Shown: piece by piece, positions 1 through 7,748 of the stretch
How positions within the stretch are numbered: the stretch's first letter is position 1
How the letters are laid out: each line of letters opens with the position of its first letter
DNA from: a bacterium
Lineage (GTDB): Bacteria; Patescibacteriota; Dojkabacteria; SC72; WJKH01
Assembly: GCA_029547225.1 (NCBI GenBank)
Contig: JAKPPS010000024.1
Location: 893 to 64,892, forward strand
Reading direction: 5' to 3'
DNA: 64,000 nucleotides
Notes under the pieces: model-generated
Told to the model about the DNA's origin: nothing
The model's database searches: none
What the model saw: only the letters and a program-made list of their open reading frames with translations
Position numbers and translations under genes: made by a program

Positions 1-362
1 ATAATCCTTTGATTATTTATCATCGATGGTATATATTTATGCATTTGATCAACTGGTGTACTTTCTAGCAATGGATAGGTGATTCTCTCTAAAATAACAA
101 TGGATTTTCCTTCATAATCGAAGTTACCAAGCAACTGTGGTACTGGGATATTAATCTTATTACTCGCAAGCAGTTGATATGCTCTAACATCCGTCATTGC
201 TCCATCACTTGCTTTTATTACATATTCTTTATCTTTATTATCAACAATGAAAAATACCTCACTATCCATTCCTTGTGGTGGAGTCTGTACCTTTTTAATT
301 TTTACTTTTAAAAATGTTTCGACAGCATTAATAAAATTTTTGTTATCTGCATATTTTGACAT
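1..362 (-). CDS. APH/choline-kinase-like phosphotransferase, N-terminal part (runs off window)
   Basis: Manual translation from ATG at 362: MSKYADNKNF...PPQGMDSEVFFIVDNKDKEYVIKAS...IPVPQLLG...VILERI, a typical APH N-lobe. Not in the ORF track. Confidence 0.7.
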   Translation of the reverse strand, partial: MSKYADNKNFINAVETFLKVKIKKVQTPPQGMDSEVFFIVDNKDKEYVIKASDGAMTDVRAYQLLASNKINIPVPQLLGNFDYEGKSIVILERITYPLLESTPVDQMHKYIPSMINNQRI

Positions 363-441
363 TGAAGATCTTTTTTATAATTATACGAGCATATTATATT
401 ATCTTTTTTAGAGATTCGCTATTCCAAATATAAATAATATT

Positions 442-1188
442 CTAATCATGACCTCCATCCGCAGTAATCACTGTTCCATTGATATAGCTTGATTTGGGTG
501 AGGCTAAAAATAAGCAAAGATTTGCAATCTCAATAGGTTCTGCAAATCTTTCCGCGTAAATATTTTTCGTTTCATGTCTAAGAAATTCCTCTGGAAGACC
601 TTTATTTATATCTGTATTTACCCAACCAGGAGCTATGCAATTTACTCTAACATTCGGAGAAATAGCTTTGGCAAAGTTTTTTGTTAATGTTATAACACCA
701 GCTTTTGATGCATCATAATCTGCGATATCAGGAGAAAAACTATAAATAGCACTTGTTGAAGAGATGTTAATAATGTTGCCTGATTTCTGTTTTAGCATGT
801 ATTGTGAAGCTTCTTTGGAACATATAAATACTCCAAGAAGATTTGTATTTAATGTTTTATTCCAATCAGTGACTTTCTTTTCTAATATATTTGAATCTTT
901 TGCAATACCTGCGTTGTTAATTAGGACATCTATTCGACCAAATTTTGCATAGATCTGTTTCATCATAATTTTTACTTGTTTCTCTTTTGATACATCACAT
1001 TTGAATACAATAGACTTATCACTATAGACTTTAACCTTACTAAGAACTTCTTGAGCTTTTTTCTCTGAGGAATTGTAATTGATAATCACAATTGCTTTTT
1101 CTTTTGCAAATGCAATAGAAGTAGCTTCTCCAATTCCTCCGCTACCACCAGTTATTATTACAATTTTATTTTTTAAGTCTAACTTCAT
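442..1188 (-). CDS. SDR family oxidoreductase (FabG-like)
   Basis: TGGSGGIG, NNAG, YDASK catalytic motif, NCIAPG. Confidence 0.9.
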   Translation of the reverse strand: MKLDLKNKIVIITGGSGGIGEATSIAFAKEKAIVIINYNSSEKKAQEVLSKVKVYSDKSIVFKCDVSKEKQVKIMMKQIYAKFGRIDVLINNAGIAKDSNILEKKVTDWNKTLNTNLLGVFICSKEASQYMLKQKSGNIINISSTSAIYSFSPDIADYDASKAGVITLTKNFAKAISPNVRVNCIAPGWVNTDINKGLPEEFLRHETKNIYAERFAEPIEIANLCLFLASPKSSYINGTVITADGGHD

Positions 1189-1883
1189 TAAATGTTATTT
1201 AAAAGATGATTTATTATGTCATAGGAATTCTTTGCTACAACTGGTAATAGACTTGTAAAATTCACTTTTGCAGAATTATCAGCTTTGTCTGAGATAGTTC
1301 TCACTATAAGGAATGGAGTATTATTAATTGTACATACTTGTCCTACAGAAGCACCTTCCATCTCGATAATATCGCCTTTTAACTTTATAAAATTGTCATT
1401 ATGTTTTTTAAAGTTTTTATCTGTAATGAACATGTCACCAGTTAAAACGGTACCTTTTTTGATGGTATCTTTGTTTTGTGTCTTCAATGCTAATTCTACG
1501 AGGTTTTTATCTGATTCAAAATAACGGTAAGTTGTATATGGAATGGATCCAATTTCGAAACCAAGCTCAGTTACATCTAAATCGTATTGGACACATTTTT
1601 CTGCTATGACAATATCACCTATATTTATGTTGGGATTAATTGAACCTGCAACACCTGTAAATATTACAATATCAGGGGAAAAATGATCAATTAAATGTTG
1701 TGTTATCATCGCCGAAAAGACCTTTCCCACACCTGTTTTCGTCAATACAATCTGTATGTCTTTATGTTTCTTTGTGAAATAAGTTGTATGTCCAATACTC
1801 GTTTTATCGGTAATATCAAGACGAGATTTAATTTCCTCAATCTCTTCATTCAAAGCACCAATTATTCCAATTGTTTTTTTCAT
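1188..1883 (-). CDS. mtnN: 5'-methylthioadenosine/S-adenosylhomocysteine nucleosidase
   Basis: IGIIGA..EE, GVGKV, FTGVAG, EMEGAS, RTISD motifs. Confidence 0.9.
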   Translation of the reverse strand: MKKTIGIIGALNEEIEEIKSRLDITDKTSIGHTTYFTKKHKDIQIVLTKTGVGKVFSAMITQHLIDHFSPDIVIFTGVAGSINPNINIGDIVIAEKCVQYDLDVTELGFEIGSIPYTTYRYFESDKNLVELALKTQNKDTIKKGTVLTGDMFITDKNFKKHNDNFIKLKGDIIEMEGASVGQVCTINNTPFLIVRTISDKADNSAKVNFTSLLPVVAKNSYDIINHLLNNI

Positions 1884-1952
1884 ACAAGGCTTAAAATAAG
1901 CTATTAAATCACTGATTATAGCTCATAATGCACTTTTAATGAAGTTATGCTC

Positions 1953-2308
1953 TTATTTATCTTTTCTTGCTGATCTATATGAGTAGTGCTGTGTTTTCCA
2001 ATCTGAGCCAACTGGATATTTTGCTTCCAATTTTTGCAATTTATCTGAAAAGGCTTTCTCGACGTCAATACCTGATTTCTCAGCTAATCTTAGAAGATAG
2101 AATAAAACATCAACTATTTCATTACCAATCTCTTTTTATCCTCTCCTGAATAATCTTTGAATTTGCTTGTCCATTGATAATGTTCTGCTAATTCACCCAA
2201 TTCTATTAAAATTGAGCTTATTAACTGATTAGGATCATCATTTTTCCAGTCTCTTGTTGAGCAGAAATTTTCAACATCCTTAACTAATTGGTTTACTGTC
2301 TTACTCAT
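1953..2308 (-). pseudogene. MazG-like nucleotide pyrophosphohydrolase, split by a -1 frameshift
   Basis: The first frame has RDW...ELGELAEHYQW. The family continuation EIGNEIVDVLFYLLRLAEKSGIDVEKAFSDKLQKLEAKYP lies in the -1 frame after an A5 run at 2133-2137. Confidence 0.8.
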
Positions 2309-2325
2309 TGTAGAAAAGTAATAGA

Positions 2326-2463
2326 TTATTTCCGAAAAATTATTTTATTAATGATAGCAATTAGCATATATATTGGCAAAAAGAATAGAATCCCAATACA
2401 ACCAAAGTTAGAAAATCCACTATTTCTGTAGACTTTTTTACCTTTTCCATGTTTAAAATACAT
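2326..2463 (-). CDS. Small (45 aa) single-TM protein
   Basis: MYFKHGKGKKVYRNSGFSNFGCIGILFFLPIYMLIAIINKIIFRK*, ending 17 nt upstream of the MazG-like start. Confidence 0.5.
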   Translation of the reverse strand: MYFKHGKGKKVYRNSGFSNFGCIGILFFLPIYMLIAIINKIIFRK

Positions 2464-2848
2464 TAATTAATAGATAAAAATTTAGATATTGAAGAAAGTT
2501 CAGGAACTGATAGAATAATAGTGGGATTGGAGATGAAAAATGTTCGAACTTTATCCCGTATCCCGCTTTTTTCCGAACGAAGAGAGTAATTACATGCTGC
2601 GATTCCGATAAACGTTGATCACCGGCTCAGATCTTAAAGGTAAAATATCAATTATCATGAAACATAGTATTTACGAAAGAATACATTTCTTAATGTTTGT
2701 TTTTAGTTGCTAGTAAAATTCTTATCACATATTAACTCTCATGAAAGGATCATATTTTTAATAATATTCTGAAATAACCCATCGCCATGACATTTTCATG
2801 CTGTGAATTTTATTACCAATTATTAATATAAAGTGATAAACTTTGAAA

Positions 2849-3649
2849 ATGAGAGAAATTGGAATTGTAAGAAAGTATGGAAAAGCACCTTATCGTATAG
2901 TGCTGGTTCATGGTGGACCAGGTGCTCCTGGTGAATTAAAGCCTGTTGCATTAGAACTTTCAAGATGGTATGGAACTGTGGAATCTTTTCAAAGTAAGAA
3001 TACTATAGATGAACAGGTAGAAGAGCTTAAATATCAAATAGAAAGCGAATCAGATTTACCTGTTATTCTAATAGGTTGGTCTTGGGGGAGCTGGCTATCA
3101 TATATTTTTACAGCGAAATATCCATCATTAATTAAAAAACTAATACTAATTTCTTCAGGCCCTTTTAAGGCTTCATATGTTCCTGAAATAAAAAAAAGAA
3201 GATTATCTCACTTAACGTATAAGGAAAGAAAACGAATTGATGAATTAGAGCAACTTTTTAATCAACATAATTTGATAAACAAGGACGTCCTTTTTAAGGA
3301 ATATGGTTTCCTTTGTAAGAAGGCAGATACTTTTTCAAGTAATGAAGAAGAGTCACTTGTAGATAAGATTTCTCCTCAAATGAATATATATAATGGGGTT
3401 TGGCCCGAAGCCGCAAAATTACGTAAGACGGGTGAATTAATTATGCTTGGATGCAAAATTGATTGTGAGGTTGTTGCCATGCAAGGGGTTTATGACTCAC
3501 ACCCTTCAGATGGTGTAAAAATACCTTTAGCAAGGATTTTGAAAAATTTTAGATTCATTGAGATCTCGAAGTGCGGTCATTATCCTTGGTATGAGAAGTA
3601 TGCTAAGAAACAATTTTATGAGTTGCTAAAAAACGAATTAGTTGTTTAA
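2849..3649 (+). CDS. Alpha/beta hydrolase
   Basis: HGGPG, GWSWG nucleophile elbow, CGHYPWYE. Confidence 0.9.
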   Translation: MREIGIVRKYGKAPYRIVLVHGGPGAPGELKPVALELSRWYGTVESFQSKNTIDEQVEELKYQIESESDLPVILIGWSWGSWLSYIFTAKYPSLIKKLILISSGPFKASYVPEIKKRRLSHLTYKERKRIDELEQLFNQHNLINKDVLFKEYGFLCKKADTFSSNEEESLVDKISPQMNIYNGVWPEAAKLRKTGELIMLGCKIDCEVVAMQGVYDSHPSDGVKIPLARILKNFRFIEISKCGHYPWYEKYAKKQFYELLKNELVV

Positions 3650-3673
3650 TATAAAAACTATATTAAGAATTGA

Positions 3674-3823
3674 AAGGTATACACAATCGGAGTTAAAAGT
3701 GAGATAGGACAAGGAAGTGAACTTACGTTTTCTGTGCTTATCGCAATTTGCGCAACTGCGGAAGATTATAGAGGTTTTTTGCATGGGGATCAGTTTATAA
3801 AGTATGAAGGAATTTCTATTTAG
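3674..3823 (+). pseudogene. Relic of a histidine kinase HATPase C-terminus
   Basis: The frame reads TIGVKSEIGQGSELTFSVLIA, compared with IEVKSEVGKGTKFTISIPIA in the kinase at 36141. No start codon; preceded by a stop. Confidence 0.55.
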
Positions 3824-3843
3824 CTAATATGGTATGATTGAAT

Positions 3844-4773
3844 ATGGCAGAATGGTTAGATGAAATAAGAAATCAAAATACTTCTGAGAAGGATGGTACC
3901 TCTGAAGAAAAGAATGGGACTCTTCATATAAAACTTACTAAAACCCAAAACTTTTCCCCATTGAATCAATCTGGTAAAAGACAAACAGAAAAACAGTCGA
4001 GTAGAATCTGGATTTGGATCAAAAGTAGATTAAGTCAAACGTTTAGGTTTTTGAAGCTACGAGATGTATTGATCGTTGTTGGTTTGGCAATATTCGTATT
4101 CCTTGTTGATTATCTTGGATTTATTAATATTAAGTCCATAGATGTTACTGGAACAAAAAATGTTCCTTTGGATCAAGTATATGCATTGGCAAACAAATTA
4201 GATGGACAAAACTTTTTCTTTGCAGATATATTTACAGTAAAGGATGAAATATCAAAAAATAACAATTTTGTTGATAAAGTGTATGTTACAAAAATATTTC
4301 CTGATTCAATAAAAATTGAGATTAGCGAAAAAAATCCTGATTTTTTAGTATGTGATCTTGAGCTAAATAAGTACGGACTTGTAGATCCCCACGGATACAT
4401 AATTTTAACAGGAGAGAATTCGTCTGAATGCGAAAGTATTTCACTTCAGTACAATGCTCTACTTGTACAAATCCCTATATCAAGCGGAAATTTCGAAGCT
4501 GGAGACACATATGATCCCTATATTATAAGCCAAATTGACGCAATACAGAAATATTTTCTTAATTTAAATATTGAAACTTCTTTGATTTCGGTTCATAATG
4601 ATTATTGTGAAGTAGAATTCCAAGGTAGTAGGCTAGCTCTTTTTTCTATAGATCAACCGATAAATGAACAATTGTATCGATTTGAAGCTGTTTACAATTA
4701 CGCGATACAAGAAATGATTGATTTTGAGGGGCTGGATCTGAGATATAATAAGCCCATTCTATTTGACATTTAA
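3844..4773 (+). CDS. ftsQ: FtsQ/DivIB-type POTRA domain cell division protein
   Basis: Single TM, IKSIDVTG..N, VTKIFPDSIKIEISE, C-terminal DLRY; directly upstream of ftsA. Confidence 0.8.
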   Translation: MAEWLDEIRNQNTSEKDGTSEEKNGTLHIKLTKTQNFSPLNQSGKRQTEKQSSRIWIWIKSRLSQTFRFLKLRDVLIVVGLAIFVFLVDYLGFINIKSIDVTGTKNVPLDQVYALANKLDGQNFFFADIFTVKDEISKNNNFVDKVYVTKIFPDSIKIEISEKNPDFLVCDLELNKYGLVDPHGYIILTGENSSECESISLQYNALLVQIPISSGNFEAGDTYDPYIISQIDAIQKYFLNLNIETSLISVHNDYCEVEFQGSRLALFSIDQPINEQLYRFEAVYNYAIQEMIDFEGLDLRYNKPILFDI

Positions 4774-4797
4774 TTAATGTTTATATATATTAAAACT

Positions 4798-6108
4798 ATG
4801 GCAAGAAGGATCATCACAGCAATTGATGTCGGGTCCTCCAAAGTCACTACAGTAATAGCTGCAGTTGAGGAAAATGAAACACGGCCCACAGTCATAGGAG
4901 TGTATACACACTCTGGTACAGGTATCAAAAAAGGTGTTATTGTTAACATCGAAGAAGCAACCAATTCGATTGGTGAAAGTATTACAGCTGCAGAACGGAT
5001 GGCTGGAGTTACAGTTTCTGATGTTTATGTCACAATTAATGGTGAACAGATAACTAGTATAAATAATAAAGGTGTTGTAGCCGTTTCAGCTGGTAATGAA
5101 ATCACGATGGAGGACACTTATCGCGCTATCGAAAATGCTAAAACACTCACATTACCCCAAAATATCAGTCCCGTTCATATTATCCCACGTGAATTTGTTG
5201 TAGATAATCAGGGCGGTATAAAATATCCAATTGGTATGACAGGTATGCGTTTAGAAGTGGAAACTCATATTATCACTGCTCCTATGTCATCATTACAGAA
5301 CCTCATTAAATGTGTTCAACAAATTGCACTTGAAGTAAATGATGTCGTATTTACTGGTTGGGCTTCATCACTTGCAGTACTTACTGATACTGAAAAAGAT
5401 CTTGGTGTTGCTATGTTAGATATCGGTGCTGGTACAACAACGATTACCATTTTTCAAGATGGCGCCATTTCATATAGTGGTTGTATTCCTCTTGGTGGTA
5501 GTAGCATTACAAGTGATATCGCTATTGGTTTACAATTGACTCTTGAAGATGCCGAAAAGGTCAAATTAAACATGCATAAGATACTTGATGATAAAGTTGG
5601 AGCTGTAGAAGTTGATGAAAACATTCCTTCGTTGCTTCGAGCTAAGGAAGGTGAAGATAAAGAGAAGAAGAAAAAGAATCCAGATAATGTTGATGTAAGC
5701 GCTCTAGGTATCACAAGTAAAACTGAAATTTCTAAAACCTTACTACGACAAATTGTTGAAGCAAGGTTACAAGAGATTTTTGATCTAGCTAAGAATGTTG
5801 TTTCAAGAGGTGGATTTGATTTAGCAATGCCTGCTGGTATTGTATTGACTGGTGGTACTGCTCAACTTCATGATATCTCAAAAGTTGCTCAAGAGTCCTT
5901 CAATGTTCCTGTAAGAGTTGGTTATCCTTCAGGTTTGACGGGTATGGTTGAGGAGATTTCAAGCCCAGCAAATTCTGCAGTACAGGGTCTTATCAAGTAT
6001 GCTTTAGAAGATGATTTTGATGGTGGTTCTCAGACAAAGAGAAGTTTATCAAATAGTGGAAATGTTATCTCAAAAGTTGTAAACTGGGTAAAATCATTAC
6101 TTCCATAA
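4798..6108 (+). CDS. ftsA: Cell division protein FtsA
   Basis: IDVGSSKV, LDIGAGTT, GIVLTGGTA, C-terminal amphipathic helix. Confidence 0.97.
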   Translation: MARRIITAIDVGSSKVTTVIAAVEENETRPTVIGVYTHSGTGIKKGVIVNIEEATNSIGESITAAERMAGVTVSDVYVTINGEQITSINNKGVVAVSAGNEITMEDTYRAIENAKTLTLPQNISPVHIIPREFVVDNQGGIKYPIGMTGMRLEVETHIITAPMSSLQNLIKCVQQIALEVNDVVFTGWASSLAVLTDTEKDLGVAMLDIGAGTTTITIFQDGAISYSGCIPLGGSSITSDIAIGLQLTLEDAEKVKLNMHKILDDKVGAVEVDENIPSLLRAKEGEDKEKKKKNPDNVDVSALGITSKTEISKTLLRQIVEARLQEIFDLAKNVVSRGGFDLAMPAGIVLTGGTAQLHDISKVAQESFNVPVRVGYPSGLTGMVEEISSPANSAVQGLIKYALEDDFDGGSQTKRSLSNSGNVISKVVNWVKSLLP

Positions 6109-6135
6109 AATGTTAATTTATTTGTAATAAATGTT

Positions 6136-7299
6136 ATGTTAATCACTCCAACAGTTGATCCGGTAGCTAAAATTAAAGTAGTAGGTGTAGGTGGCGCAGG
6201 TGGCAACACGATAAATAAACTTGTCACAGAATTTGGTATTTCTGGTGTTGATCTTTTAGCCTTTAATACGGATGCTCAAGTCCTGAAGGCTTCTCAAGCT
6301 CATGTTACCCTACAATTAGGTAGTGAATTAACTCGAGGTCTTGGTGCTGGTGGTGATCATCTTTTAGGCGCTCAAGCTGCCGAGGAGAGTTTAGATGAAA
6401 TCCATGAGCATCTTGCCGGTTCTGATATGGTGTTTATCACAGCAGGTATGGGTGGTGGTACTGGAACAGGTGCTGCGCCAGTAGTTGCTGGTGTAGCGAA
6501 AAATCTTGGAGCATTGACAATTGCAGTTGTGACAAAACCATTCAATTTCGAAGGAAAGAAAAGAATGCAGGTAGCGGAAGAAGGCATTGAAGCTTTGAGA
6601 GATAAAGTTGATACACTTATTGTTGTTCCTAACCAAAGATTACTTGATCTTATCGATGAACCAATTTCATTTCTTGACGCAATGAAAAAAGTTGATAGTG
6701 TCTTGGCGGAAGGTGTTAAGAGTATAGCAACTTTAGTTACTCAAGCAGGATTTATTAATGTTGATTTTGCTGATGTAAAAACAATAATGACAAATGCGGG
6801 TACTGCTCTTATGGGTCTTGGTCGAGCCAAGGGTGAGAATAGAGCTGAAGAAGCTGCTCGTATAGCTACAAATAATCCTTTGCTTGATCTTTCAATCGAA
6901 GGTGCTACTGGAGTGCTATTTAGCATTACAGGTGGAGCAGACTTGTCTATGAAAGAGATTAATACAGCTGCAGAAATGATTGAAAACGCAGTAGATCCAA
7001 ATGCAAATATTATCTTTGGTGCTTCTATTGATGAATCAATGAATGATGAGGTATCAATTACTATTATTGCGACTGGTTTTGATTCTTCAAAGCAGGTTTT
7101 GACAAACAAAGCTCGGATGCAAAAACAGGTTGATACAAAACTTACAGGCAATGTTAATCCAGCTCAAACAACTAGCAATGATTTCGTAGACAGGTTTACG
7201 GTTACGGATGATACTCCGGCAGCATCAACCGCTTCAACTTCCTTACAGGACGATGAGGACGAGTTAGAAGTTCCGGCTTTCCTACGCAGAAAGAATTAA
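6136..7299 (+). CDS. ftsZ: Cell division protein FtsZ
   Basis: GVGGAGGN, GMGGGTGTG, NVDFAD, C-terminal LEVPAFLRR. Confidence 0.99.
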   Translation: MLITPTVDPVAKIKVVGVGGAGGNTINKLVTEFGISGVDLLAFNTDAQVLKASQAHVTLQLGSELTRGLGAGGDHLLGAQAAEESLDEIHEHLAGSDMVFITAGMGGGTGTGAAPVVAGVAKNLGALTIAVVTKPFNFEGKKRMQVAEEGIEALRDKVDTLIVVPNQRLLDLIDEPISFLDAMKKVDSVLAEGVKSIATLVTQAGFINVDFADVKTIMTNAGTALMGLGRAKGENRAEEAARIATNNPLLDLSIEGATGVLFSITGGADLSMKEINTAAEMIENAVDPNANIIFGASIDESMNDEVSITIIATGFDSSKQVLTNKARMQKQVDTKLTGNVNPAQTTSNDFVDRFTVTDDTPAASTASTSLQDDEDELEVPAFLRRKN

Positions 7300-7394
7300 T
7301 AATTGTTTCTATATTTATTGTCACTTATTGAGAAATAAATAACTCCTTTTTCTAATAAATTGATTCCATATGATTAATTTGTTATAATAAGAAT

Positions 7395-7640
7395 ATGGAT
7401 TGGAAAAAGTTTTTTAGTAACAATTGGCCTTTGCTATTAGGAGTCATATATTTATTCTTCCCGATTGATGTAATCCCAGATTCGATCCCCTTGGTGGGGA
7501 TAACTGATGATTCATTACTATTTTTAGTGCAATTGATCAATGTTTTTATTCAATATAGGAAGCAGGGTAACCTCAAGACCTATGTTGAGCCACAAAATGA
7601 TGTTGCAAAACTTGAGAACAAAGATACGGATAAAGAATAG
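7395..7640 (+). CDS. DUF1232/YkvA family membrane protein
   Basis: YLFFPIDVIPDSIPLVGITDD signature. Confidence 0.85.
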   Translation: MDWKKFFSNNWPLLLGVIYLFFPIDVIPDSIPLVGITDDSLLFLVQLINVFIQYRKQGNLKTYVEPQNDVAKLENKDTDKE

Positions 7641-7748
7641 AACTTAAGCGAATTTTTGTGGACAAATTTCTACATTTTATTGATACATTCTCACTATAAT
7701 GGTATTATTCAGCATATAATTGCTTAATTAATTTTTCACGATTTTCAA

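Noticed and set aside
7641..7748. Possible T-box leader for ileS
   Set aside because: No GGTGG-type T-box sequence or terminator, and the spacer is too short
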